Assembly (NCBI GenBank): GCA_973895155.1
Contig: OZ316894.1
Span: 16,954,463 to 17,018,462, forward strand
Length of the DNA stretch: 64,000 bases
Direction of reading: 5' to 3'
Source: Marsupella aquatica
Lineage: Eukaryota > Plantae > Marchantiophyta
Shown here: positions 12,736-25,651 of the stretch, in pieces
How the letters are laid out: every line of letters starts with the position of its first letter
Numbering within the stretch: position 1 is the stretch's first letter
Notes under the pieces: generated by a model
Seen by the model: the letters and a program-made list of their open reading frames with translations, nothing else
Database searches by the model: none
Told to the model about the DNA's origin: nothing
Position numbers and translations under genes: made by a program

Positions 12736-15700
12736 GCTCCGATGGGACCAGCACTATCACAGACTGGATCACAGGAGAGTTCGGACCAGCGTCAACGAAA
12801 AGACGGAACTACTGTAGGAGCCAGCGCATCCAAACTTCCACCTGGGGCACGGCAGTCCTGCCCCGTGTGGTCTACAGTGGTCGCAAGCCGGGCCCTCAAG
12901 CTCGATGGACTTCTAGCGTACACCATCACAAGCAAACCAGGAGACCGATTCGAGCTGCTTAAAAAATGCCTGTTCCCCTCCTCCTCCACCTCCTCCACTT
13001 CCTCGAGGAAACACCCCCACAAAGCAACTGTACAGAGAACGACAAATTATCGGCTAGACCGTGAATCATTCCTCCAATAGTCCAATGCGCACACAGAATG
13101 TCAAATCCACCGCGCAGAAAAACAGAAAAGTACCGACCGAAAGTAGCTCACGCATTAATTAACGGAAGTCACCGACTCACCGGTCCAGTCCTCCTCTGCT
13201 GCTCTGCAGCTTGGGAAATTCGGGTAGAAGTACCGGCATGAAACGCTTCCAATTAGGTACACGGTACTTTTGTACGTTGGGGCTCTTGCCCCATATCTCG
13301 ATTTGCTGGCCGTCCTGCCAGAGGGACACAGGCGGAGGACTGGAGGAGAGTGGTGGCGATGGTGGTGGAGAGGTGCGCAATAATAATAATAAATTCACTG
13401 CGGTGGAGGTGGTTGCGGACTCCTGGCGCTGACCAGAATGATGGTGCGCACGAAACGGACTTCTCTTCAATGCTGTCCACAATTCCATATTCCACTCCCT
13501 CTTTCCAGAATTCCATATTCCCTCCTCATCAGGAGACTCGTCACTCGTCAGCGACGACACTTTCGAATTGCCTCGTCTCCCTTCGCCGGCGGTCTCCCGT
13601 TCGGACTTCGGAGACCGTTGCTTCGAAGGATCCGCCATAGCTGATCCGCCATCGCGTCGATGATTTCCCCTGCTTCTCAAACTGACACCAGTTGTTGTAG
13701 ATTTTGAAACCGGTACATTGTCGTTTTGTTTGGTGATAAATAATTTTATTGTCATCTGAATCCGCGTATGAAAGGTAAATTTTCAACAGACCAAAAAATA
13801 TATATATATATTTAAAATGCTTTTGACTCTCAAGCAGCGAACAAATTCGAGGGGTATATGCTGCGAAATAGTCTACCCCATAGGTCCCCAAGGCAATTTT
13901 GCTACAAATAAGATTCTGTACATATAATTTTACTTGGTTGCCTTGAAATCCAAAGTAGATCCATCAAAGAAGATTCTGTACATATAATTTATTTTTTTGC
14001 CTTGAAACCAAAAGTAATCCATCCAACAACATAGTATAGACCGCCAACTCCTGAAGCATGCACTTGTAGGTCACAAGGGGGTCATAGGGATCCAAGAGAG
14101 ACCTAGACCAGGAGGGACAGAAGGTTGAACCAGAACCCCAAAGCTGACCAGTCAAGGCACCAGTCAAGACCTAAAGACAAACCAGGACTCCCACCACTAC
14201 ACCCCACTCACACACACATACCCTCCACAACCCTTGCATGTGGACGTGAACCCTGTGACCTCTCAGATATAGGCCTATACTCTGGCCAATTGACCAAAGC
14301 CAATTGGTTTGTACATATGATGTTTTTTGTTGATATCTACTTGCATGGTCCATTGTGTGTTTCCCACCATAGTCCACTGCATCAGAGCATGCCATATGTG
14401 CATGTGGGGTATGGGTGTTCCATGCAGTTGTGGGGTTCAACTGCAATGCTGCCATGTTTCTTTTGAGAGAGAGGGGGGCTCCGCCTTATCCTGATTAGAT
14501 ATAGTCTATTGAGTGGAAGCCAAATTTTCTAGTGTTGAGACCAAACACAACGGAGGATAGCGGTTGTCAGAGACAGAGACCTAATAACCATTGCGGGTGG
14601 GATTCTGGACAACTCCAATATAAATACAATTTCATGTCTGAATCACCTTGTGTCAAACAGATATGCTAATAATATTTTTTCGAGTTACCAAAATTAATTT
14701 CTGATAGTTAGATCTTGGTAGGTTTAAGGAATATTGCCAGATTTTTTGCCAATTGCAGACAAAAACAACAACTAAAAGACAGCTGGACCTAGCACTTGAA
14801 GAGTGCCCACCTTGGTTAGTTTTTCTAGAGAAGGCCATGGGTGGGCCAGATGCTGATGAATTTCAAGTTGCCAGATGTAATCTCAGTCACCCATGATAAA
14901 GACCAAAGAGGAGTGATCAACTTGTTAAACCCTCTTTCTGAACTTTCATTACAAGCCATAATCTCTTACTATGGAAATCTCACACCAGCCTGGTGGCGAG
15001 ATCCCTAAATTGTATTTTATTTTACGAGTACACAGCTCCTCCTGAGCATAGCATGGTTGCGAGATGCTCAAATGAATGAACAAAGTTTCTAAAAGTTGTG
15101 ACTTGGGTTTATGCTCAGTAACACATCCCGTTTTGAGGGACTACCTGATTTGAAAATGAACATTCACTGACTGGGGAATGTGGATGATAACCCATCCCCT
15201 TTAGAAGTTTATGGACTACACATTTTCCAGCTTGTAAATAGAAGTCCATTTATTTGAACACCCATCTTGGATATGGTACATTGTAGGAAGTAAACAAATT
15301 TGTGTTTGTCCTTCTAACCACTTGAGAATAAATTGTGGATGCAAGATTTGCAGAGCACCATAAACTCCTGTAGGGAATGTTTCTTTGGTACCTGCCTTAA
15401 GAATTTGGGGCATGACCCTGCAGGTGAGGCCACAAAACCCCAATGTCAGCCTGGCCTGGGGATCCACATATTTAGACTTTCAAAAAATCATTTGGGCCTT
15501 TATGCTCAGTAACTCATTCTCAGCGGACAGCTGGGGCGTAATAAACTGTAAACCCCTTGGCTAACCACCCTTGGTTCTAGCCCATTATCCGCAAGTGGGG
15601 ATGGATGACCCCACCCTGTCTAGCAAGTCTTAGAGGATATCATTTTCATTCCTCTTGGGACTTTTGACATGCTCTAAAGAGTGGGTTTAGGGATGGGTTA

Positions 15701-16988
15701 CCCTACCCTTTGTAGAAGAGTATTGGAGGATGTTATTTTCCATTCCTCTTGGGGCTTTGACATGCATTATAGATTGGGTGCTTTCGTATAACTTACTATT
15801 CTCCTCAAGGTGTATTTCATTTACTGACAAAACAGGTACAGTACTTCAACTAGTGGGTTTGCAAGGGGCAAGTGTGGCAAGTCATACGGTGCATCATTCT
15901 CTCTAGATATGCCACAATGGGACACTTAACCTTCTTGAAGTACAAGGTCATTAAGATGTCAAATTCTCTACGGCTTCCTAGAGTACTACATTCAATGATT
16001 TGTAAATCGGTACACTGTAGTTGTCATCAACGTGAATGCACGTAGGGGTCTCAAACGTATAGTTTGATCGACCTTAGCTTAGAAAATGTTATGCACCACC
16101 AAAATATATGATCTATAATTTTTTTCGTGATCTATAACTTTTTGTCATAAAGATTGGTCATATGCCATGACCATAGTCACTGTACAAGCTACTGTAGTGA
16201 AGAAAAATTCAATTAACATAACCCTGTAAAAAAGCTGTGGTCATTTGTTTATAGCCAAAAGCCTCCATTTGTTATAACCAAATCCCTATCCAGCTTTGAA
16301 ATGCTCTCTATTAAGTTTAATAGTATTACAAACATCTACACACGTTCGGGTTCTCCATGAGCTTTCATCTACGTTAAAGCTTGATATGGTGAGGCTTGAA
16401 GTACATATGTAATTGATCACTCTGGCTGTTTTTATATTGATTACTGAAGCAAATCACTTACTGTGAGTTTAGCAATCGACTATCATCTTGCCATTATTTT
16501 TTTGTGTTCGCTTGCAGGATGAAAGTAATCCTTTCTGCAGCCAAGTTGCTGGATTTACTCACTATAGTTTAGAAAAGCTGACAAGCGACCATATATGAAC
16601 CAATGGGCTTGTATAGATGTATCTCCTTGCATCTCTCTTTTCCCATACATATCTTGTTCGGTCCATTTCTATTGCTCCTCTCCAACACTCACTACATTCT
16701 CAGGTCACACTGCAAAAATAATGTTCATTATTTATACTACAAATATTGAGGTCATTAAAATAAGGATTTGTTCTAGATTTATTCTCTATCCAACGGTTTA
16801 TTTCGGACTATCACATCAGGGGTCTCAAAGTTTTTTCACTTGGCTGAGTTTATCGTAACTACAATCTGAGTGATATATAAGTTTCAAACCCGACTACAGT
16901 ATCAGGAAAATCTGAGAGCTAACATATCCCCTATGTGTAAGAAACTGACTCCCAGGCTTGCATGTTACGCCTGCTGGGGGTGTGGAGA

Positions 16989-17311
16989 CTGCTTCACGAT
17001 CTCAACCAGAGTTTCACGCATCTGGTTAAGCGAATCTGTGTCAATGCAAGACAGTTCTGTTGGAGCAGAATGAGACAACTTCGAGTTCCCTGCTTCACGA
17101 CCTCAACCAGAGTTTCACGAATCAATGTCAATGCAACACAATTCTGTTGGAGCAGAATGAGACAACTTCGAGTCCACTGCTTCACGACCTCAACCAGAGT
17201 TTCACGAATCTATGTCAATACAAGACAGTTAGGTTGGAGCAGAATGAGACAACTTCGAGTTCACTGCATCACGCCCTCAACCAGAGTTTCACAAATCTGT
17301 GTCAATGCAAG
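16989..17311. repeat. 87-bp tandem repeat, ~3.5 copies
   Basis: CTGCTTCACGACCTCAACCAGAGTTTCACGAATC...GTTGGAGCAGAATGAGACAACTTCGAGT at ~16989, 17090, 17177 and 17264 (the first unit is longer). Confidence 0.9.
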
Positions 17312-18449
17312 AGTTGCAGTTACTGTTTTTCTGGCTTCACAGTAGTGATCATCCATCATTTCACCCAGTCCCTTGACATATAACTCTAATGATGAAGTGC
17401 AGCGTACCAAGATTCTCCAGAAGTAGAGGTGAGATTCTGAGAAATTTAGAAAGTCGAGGCAAAGTGAAGAAACAGCTAGGAGCTGCTAGTTCTCGGAGTT
17501 GCTAGTGATAGTCGGGGAGATCATTGATCTGAGATGAAGTGTTAGCTTTGCTGAAATGACCATATTGTCCAGTCTCCTTTATTTGACAATGTCATCACAT
17601 TAGACCTCTGGCGGAACTACATTCAGTCAGTAAAGCTCACTATTTCTCACCAACGAAAGGCCAATGAAGAGTAGCCACGGTACAATACATCCGAGCTGCC
17701 TTAGATAGAATCCACTTAAGTGGGAATAAAAAATATGCGAACATGCTACAGAGGACATGAAAGAGCAATTATCAAAATCACCAGATACAATACGCATCTG
17801 ATTTGCACGAGGCAGGCAGCCAATTCCTCTTGGCAATCTTTTACGAAATATCAAACTCCGTTCATTGGAAACCGTGTCCTGCTAACTTCTCAAACCATTC
17901 TTTCTTCTACAGGCCATGGCGACACAACAGCCCCAACCTCTTCTACCCTATCTTACAACCTTTTGGGGTTAACCCAATTAAATAGCATGAGCATACATAA
18001 CCAATTAGTCTGAGAGAAGCAGGAGACAAAACTCCCTCCCAACGATTGGCCACCTTGCTCATGGTGATCATCTGTACACGTTGAAGATTCGGCTAGAAAG
18101 CCCTGCAGCAATTCTTCAGTGACGGAGAATAAGGCTACATCGAGGACTGGACCTTGTTGACACAAGCTTGCCGATCTGCAGGTGCTAGCTGTCTGCATCA
18201 TTTGGCCGGGCTCCTCAGTTGAGTAAGTGGGGTGCTAGCGTTGTCAGCAAGTGAATTGTTTTTGACTCGCTGAATACACTAGCAGGCTTCGATGGTGGAT
18301 AAAAATTTCAGATCTGCAGGTGGTAGCCCCTTCCACCGCATACGTTCTCTGCTTTGGAATATTGAGATGAACGTCAACGAAGCAATTTTGTCCTAGTCCT
18401 TTTCACTAAAATACACAGGGCACAGTCCCGACAATGCTTCCAAAACATA

Positions 18450-20346
18450 TCATACACAGCATGTGTCCGTTGAGTTTTGATGATAGGATGGGGACGCGCC
18501 GAGGAGCCGAGGACCCTCGTTGCCATTTGGCCATCTCAATCCCCTTGCAATGTCTCTCTTCCAGAATATTCTTGAAACCAATGACGAGAAGAACGACTTC
18601 ACGTAAACACTTGCAGTAGTGAGCATTTCACTGCAAGGAGAACCACAAGAAATGTCAGTAAACTGAAACGCCTGTAGGGCAAATGTTTTTCGCAAAAAGG
18701 TCCAAAACCTTCAAAGCTTACAAACTGCTCTGCAAAATTCACTCAGCGCAACGGTGCATACAAAATAGTCCGTCAACATCCAGCTACAACTTGGACGATC
18801 ATATACACATGAAGGTGTTTCAATTACACTGCAGAGCAAGGAGAGCGCCCCCCATTCACAAAGTAAATGTAAAGATAGGAATCGTAATGGCGTCCGTTTA
18901 TGAAATAAAAATTGCGCAGCTTCCGCATGCACTGGAATCCGTTCTTCTTGTAGAAATAAATGGCAGAATTGTTGTAAGAGATGACGTGTAAGTAAACAGC
19001 TCTGCAAGTTGGAAGACTGGTCGCGTGTTGAATAACTTTACCGACCAGAGCAGATGCTGCCAAACCAGGTGATATCATTGTCAGAGCACAATCACATGCA
19101 AGAAATTAGTGTACATATCTTGGCCAAGACCTTTGTGAGACAAACCACAGTGGAAGGACATTGCCACCTTTCTTCAAGTGCAAAGGAGTACATTCAAAGC
19201 AGTAATTATCTAAGATCACAATAGCTGTGTCGAGATTTCGAAGTTAGCCTAAAACGAAGCCATTCAATGACGATCGACAACCAAAGCCTAGAAAACTAAG
19301 CGCTTTGGTTATAAAAGCTCTCAGAAAGCAGAAAAACCATTAAGAGGCTCATGAGGACATACCAATACCAAGGTTCCGATATTGCTTGATTACACCCAAG
19401 GTCAGGATATACACGAGGGTACGGTCTGAGTTCAGTAACTCACATCCCAGCATATCCACTTCCTGAGAAACATCAAAAAATCTGAATTTTAAATCTCATG
19501 AAAATTTGTGCCGACCTAATGTACATTGAGTTTGAATTTACTTGATGCTTTTAGATCCCTCCACTTCATTCCTTATTTAATGATTGGACCGAGTGTGGGT
19601 CTCTGAGTGTTCATGGAAAGGGAAAAAGGACTTACTTCAATGTCATCGGCAGCAACAACGCGAGCCGTGATAAAGCCAATGAGCTCATCGCATTGCTCAT
19701 TGGGTCTGTTACTATCAACTGCCGCCCACGAGACAATGCCATTGCCGTGAACAGCGTTGACAAAAAACTCTAACTCGTACCTGCTACAGGCGTTGGGAGT
19801 AAGAACTTCATTGAAGTTGCCTTGGGGCTAACCATAATTGATTCTCACATTTTCCAATCAGCATACATGTTTCTAGTGATACATCTCCTGATGTAAAACC
19901 GGGTGGAATTGCTCCAGAATGCAACAGTTTCCATTGAATATGAAATACACCTTTGGTATGACGCAGGATCTCCAAAAGAAACGGGAGAACATGGTTATCC
20001 GTCGATTCCCAGTGGTACAAAAAAGGACTCAGCGTGCAAAAATAAGTGCATGCACGTACTTGATAGGGAAGAAAGCTTCGTGAACATCTTGTAAGACCTC
20101 TAAGTCGAATGGACTGATAGGCCGGTAGGCGATAGCTGTCGGGCGTGTGACGGTGGTAACTTCGGGCGCTGAAGTTGAGGGAGCGGGACTGGCAGAGTCT
20201 GATACTGGTAACGATGGGCCGGGAGCTAGTGCATGACTGGCCACAACACCGATACCATTATGACCTTTCTGCGATAGTTGCTGTTTAATTTGGAAGTATT
20301 GATGATGCATGTGACGTTGGCCAATACCCTGTTCTCCAAAACCCAT
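18450..20346 (-). CDS. NAA60: GNAT N-alpha-acetyltransferase 60 (NAA60/NatF; MCC1-like), 5 exons, ~313 aa
   Basis: Exons 20346-20060, 19780-19636, 19462-19363, 19056-18828, 18630-18450 (942 nt, GT-AG). Motifs YRPI..DLEVL...FFPIKY, VSWAAVD, LVYILTLGVIKQYRNLGIA, AVYLHVISYNNSAIYFY, FYFINGRHYDSY, NGGRSPCS, then an amphipathic C-terminal helix. The start codon is uncertain. Confidence 0.93.
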
Positions 20347-22749
20347 ATCAACGCCCAGCACAATTTTGGAGACACAATCAGTACCGTGCTTATTGAACCT
20401 CACATACGGACGATGGTGGCGAGCCAACAACGCAAGGTATAAGTCAACAGGGTCTGGTCTGGTCAATCAAACCTAAACTTACGACAATCAACTATGGGGA
20501 AGACTATACTCCTGGACTTACAAGTTTACAGGGCCGGAATCATCGAAATGGCTCACGAAATTTGCAAGAACTGCTTACTTACGACATACCAACAAAATTG
20601 TTCAACCTGACTATGTTCCCATTATGCTATCTCAGCGCCTTCACAGACAAGACGTCTGTGTCAGTAATTACAGTACCTCGCTAGAGCTGCGAAGGGTCAA
20701 ACCAGAGTGACTTCCATTGCAAGCGATAAACTCAATCCATTCACCCAATCCATTCACTCAATTCATTCATCCAATCATTCACTGACCGATCAATCAATCC
20801 ATCCGAAACATCCCGGCAATCAAACGAGAGCAACTTCTACCATGCCTTCACTCTCTCTACATTTCACTCAATCATTCGAATCAGTCGCCCATCCAAACAG
20901 TCTCCTTCTGGAACTCTCGGGGAAAGGGGACAAGCAAGGTCCGGACCTGGTGTCCTGCATCCATGAGCGGCACCATCCATGGAATTGTACTGAGCTGCTG
21001 CTTCGATTGCAGAAGTACCGCAACGCCCACAAAGCTCCGTCACCGCAACCATGCGTAAAAAACGAGAGTTGGAAAACAAGCATAGCAAAGCGAAGGAGAG
21101 GAGACCAGAAAAGAAAGAGTGGAAGGACAAGGAAAGGAAAAGAAAAGAGTCAATACGACAATATAAATAATACCTTGCCATTTGTTTTTTCGAATAGGAT
21201 AATGTCCTGACCAGAAAAGCAAGAGTGGAAGGACAAGGAAAGGAAAAGAAAGAGTCAATATGACAATATAATTAGTTCGTGGACCCCCTATTAACAGAAA
21301 GCTTCACACTACATCAACTCCTTGAACTCCTGAAAGTCCACTTTCCCATTACAGTATGGACTCCCTTGATCATCTGCTGACACTTCTTATAACTATGTCC
21401 TTCTTTCATGCCCAGGCTCTTCAACACCATCTGCACATAGACAAGGCCCTTACTGAACCCTGCTAAGCTTGCTTCTCTTTCGTTCACTTGTGCCTCATGC
21501 GTTGGATAATCTAACAGTAGCGAGAGGCATCACCGAGTTAGGAACTGCAATGATGACGCCATGGAAAGGAGTGTTGAGTGATCAACATAGAATCATGTCC
21601 ACTTCTTCCTTCGTAGCAACAGAAGGTTGAGAAAATTGTCACAATTACTTTGTCATCAGATCAACTTGCCGAGAGAGATTTAGTTATTATTCAATTGAAA
21701 CACAATTCAGAATGTGGGTGGGCAGCAGTTACTCAGGGTAAAAAACAGAAGGTGGGCCTCCTACTAATTGAACAATCTGTTACCTAGGGTCAATAAAACG
21801 GGTATTTTTCAAACATTTTTATGTCAAGGTTTACGGCATGGCGTCCTCAATTTTACCAAAATCAGATGCGCTCCAAATAGGTAAAATCCACAGACACGAA
21901 TGTTGAAGCAATTTTATTTTGTAAACCAATCCGTACCTGTTTATAGCGCATCTTGATGACATGGCGCGTTGTGGAGTCTCAAATTTTGGAAGGGACCTCT
22001 AGTGGGGTCCGTAAATAATACCTTGCCATTTGTTTTTTCGAATAGGATAATGTCCTGGTTAAAGTGCATGATGAGATATAATGCCCTGTAAAACGAGGGC
22101 CGTAGCCCAAGTTATTCTCATAATGCCGGTAACTAGGAGATTAATGTATGTAAAAACTTGAGTGATCTTTTGATAACAAAGAAGAAAAAGTGAATCTCTA
22201 AATAGACAATCCAAGTGAAAGAGCCTACAATTGGCCAAAGTCATGAAAGAAGTTTAAAAAAAATCTTGTGATTTTGATACAAATTATTATGTTATTTCAT
22301 TTGGTAACACTATATTTGGGTTTAACCTTTGCTATTTTTGTGATACTTCACATAATGCCCTCTTCCAAAGAAGGGAGGTTGTATGGCAAATTAATGCACT
22401 CAAAAATACAAAGAGAAAAATCACAAAAGTTTTTATACATAATAGGGGGCCTCAAACCTTTGGGTCTGCAAAAACAATCCTGGCCCGAAAGCACCAATTT
22501 CCATCTGTGTTCATGAGTGTACTGATAATTTGGTGTCGCCCACTTTAGTTTTGGGAAAACAAACTTGACCATGACTGAAGGCAAAACGCAGAGGTTTGAG
22601 AAACTATGGAGAAAAACCCACGCCCAAAACTATCACATTCTGTCAAGAGTCACGAGGGTGCAGACAAGTATTTTTGTGTCCGCCACTTTTTTCTCAGGAA
22701 TCCCTTGCTGACTGGGACCGGAGGCAGAAACGCAAGGTTGGAGATGCCC

Positions 22750-23175
22750 TAATTCATACATTTTCATTGTTTTTTTCCTATTTGTCACAACTTTATTATT
22801 TTCCTTTATTGGTTAAGGAAATTAACTTGGGTTAGCTTTTTCACATCCAATGGCTGTAATAGCACGCAATTTTGTGATCAAACAGCCCAGTTCTCCCTCA
22901 AGGTGACTTTGACCACCCTTGGGTCAGGTGATTGAGGGGTGGGTCTTGTCTTCCCATCCTACACTGAGGCTCTGTCCAAGCCCAGCCTGCCACAATGCAC
23001 AATCTCGCCCTCTGTCCTAAAAAGGGTGGTCAAAGTCACCTTGAGGGCAATCAGAGTCATTTGATCACGAAACTAAGTGCAATGAGAGTTAATCCGCATT
23101 AATTTTCTTAACCCACAACGGAAAATGGCGGCATTGTAATAAAAAGAAAAAATTCAATGACAGGGTATGTATTAT
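22750..23175. mobile_element. Foldback/MITE-like element with long inverted arms
   Basis: Perfect 26-bp IR CCCTCAAGGTGACTTTGACCACCCTT (22895-22920) and AAGGGTGGTCAAAGTCACCTTGAGGG (23022-23047). Imperfect pairing continues outward (TTTGTGATCAAA/TTTGATCACGAAA; GGTTAAGGAAATTAA/TTAATTTTCTTAACC). Confidence 0.7.
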
Positions 23176-24685
23176 GCCAAAAAAATAGTGACATTGCAGT
23201 AAATTCCAGATAAAACTAACTGAAGGGCCAGATAAAGTACAATGAAGGACAAACAATATGGGTCCGGACACATTAACTTCTAAACAAGTGAGCCAAGGAC
23301 AACCCCAAAAACTTAGAAAGAGAAAAAAACTACACAAGAAAGAGCTACCACTGCCATAGTGGGATGAGCTAATGATCTACATCAAGAGTTGTAACTAAGT
23401 TTCCAAGGGGGACCTAGATGTCCTCTAAGGGGGAAAGCCCTTGCAAAGGCACACTAGTGCCCACCACAAGGATCAACAACGATAGATGGCTTGAGCTTGA
23501 GCACGTTGTAGCATCACAGAAATCCGCTGACAAAAATGTGTGGTCAAAATGGACAGCGGTGGTCCAATGGAAAACGTCCATTCGTGAATGCGGTGAGCTT
23601 CCTGCAAAGGAGCCCAGCACATAGGCACAACAAGGAGTCACACAGGCCAAGTATCTATATTTCAAACTGCCAAAACACAAAAGGCGCTCAACCGGGAGAT
23701 AGAATTTCCACAGGCGAGCTACCCAATCAAAGGGGATGCAACCAAAGAGCCACATGAATAAGTCTTGGGGACCCTGGAAAAAGTGCACCACAACAAAAGC
23801 CAAGAACAAAGTCATCTTGTATATCATAATGTACTCAGGGCATTTCTTGATATAATGCCACAATAAGACTACTAGAGGCCAAATGATTTTGTATGTAGTA
23901 AAATAGTGTTTACATGCAGATTGTGGGATATTATGCCCCTAAAAGTGTGAGCTTCAGTTTGCTTTTTGAGGGGTTATTATTGCCCATAATGCTCTGATAA
24001 GGAGACCCTGATACACTTAAGAGCCTATTAGAGATTTTAGTTTTTACTATTTCAGTAAAAGTAGAGGAGAAGTGATCCTAATGTGGGCTTCTTCTCCATG
24101 AGTGCCCTGAAATGTACAAAGAGGGTAAAAATCACCAAGGGCATTAAATATATTGTAACTCCTTGGTTATGAAGCATTGTTTACCATATTAAGGCCCTTG
24201 AAACATAAGTGCATTAGCTCAAGTTTTTTAGGGGTTATTATTTCTCAAAATGCACTTGTAAATGAGCATTAATGCACTTAAAGCCTAAGATATTTTTAAT
24301 GTTAACCATGGTAAAATTACATGAGAAATTTCAGAATTTCCTGATACGCATCTGGACCGTGCCAATAGACACCTTTGTAAATCTAGAAGTTCTGCAAAAA
24401 TTCCACATCTTCATTAAATAACTGATCATTGGAAATTTTAAATCTAAGGATACCCATTTGTCACATTTCAAACTGACTCCTTGAGTGTGGTTAATCATTT
24501 CCCCCCAACTCAATCAAATGCTCCAAAACATTTGACAGGTAGAGGAAAGTCAGGGAATTCTTTGCTTAAATTTTGAGCTCAAACTGGATTCTAAATAGTG
24601 AGCTAAAAATATAACTCTAAGCCTATCTTTATTGAGCCAATTTTACCTACATTGATCTTACAAAAAACTTTTAGATTTTGAGTAA

Positions 24686-25651
24686 TGTTGTAACCCAAAG
24701 GTTAGGTCAACATCCAACCCTAGTTAGGGGATTAAGGTAGTTACTATAACTACCACTACATGTATACCTAGAGTGGTGTTAGTGAACCCCCATGAATGGA
24801 TGAATCCGGATTATTGGTGGACTTAACATTTTCTCTCCTAAGAATGATGTCCGCCTCTCAACACGTTATCAGCACATAGCTCTCCACAAGCAACTTTCTT
24901 TGAGAAAAAGACCACATTTACATTTATTAAATGTTCATAGATTTAACACATTTTTATTTCTTGATGGCATAGGAGAAGAATACGTTGAGAAATAGATTTC
25001 CTGTTCTTAGAGCACTGCTAATTGAAGGAGCAAGGAATGAAGGATTTGCTTTTTGAGCAATACTACTTTCAAAGGGTCCAACTTGTCTTATGCACTAGGA
25101 ACGAGAGAAACTACTTAAGAGAATGGCAGAAGGCGCAACACCAAGGACAAAAATCTCAATTGCAAAACTTCCTAAGCTATCTGCGGCAGAGCACGGCAGG
25201 CGATATAAGCTCTTGCTTTTCACTGGAGGCAACCGAGGAGATAAGGTTACATTGGCTTCATCACGGACTACATTGCCAGCCCTGATTATATACAACATGC
25301 ATCACTGCTAACCTTAGCTAAGTCCTAACCTGAGTTAGCCTAATTGTGGTTAGCCATAGAGTCACAAGACTAAGAATAATATTCAACATGGATACCATGT
25401 ACTACATTGATCTATCATTTATGGTTATATGTTAACCCTAGTGTAGTTGCATTATCTATGATAAAACAACCAAGGGGGAGTGTTGTAACCCAAAGGTTAT
25501 GTCAACATCTAACCCTGGTCAGGGGATTAAGGTAGTTACTCTAACTACCACTACATGTATACCTAGAGTGGTATTCCCCATGAATGGATGAATCCGTATT
25601 ATTGGTGGACTTAACATTTTCTCTCCTAAAAATTATGTCCACCTCTCAACA
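24686..25651 (+). mobile_element. TRIM: non-autonomous miniature LTR retrotransposon (966 bp)
   Basis: 5' LTR 24686-24863 and 3' LTR 25481-25651, both TGTTG...CAACA. PBS-like CGTTATCAGCAC at 24864-24875, PPT AAGGGGGAG directly before the 3' LTR, 5-bp TSD AGTAA (24681-24685 and 25652-25656). No gag/pol ORF. Confidence 0.93.

Noticed and set aside
12472-13080. 202-aa + strand ORF
   Set aside because: Antisense to the GC-rich lipase leader and includes microsatellite-derived low-complexity sequence.
16507-16528. Resemblance to miR173 (TTCGCTTGCAG...)
   Set aside because: Only the first 11 nt match, miR173 is known from Brassicaceae, and the star arm does not fit.
25022-25311. ORFs inside the TRIM as gag/pol
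   Set aside because: Short, with no zinc-knuckle, protease, integrase or RT motifs.
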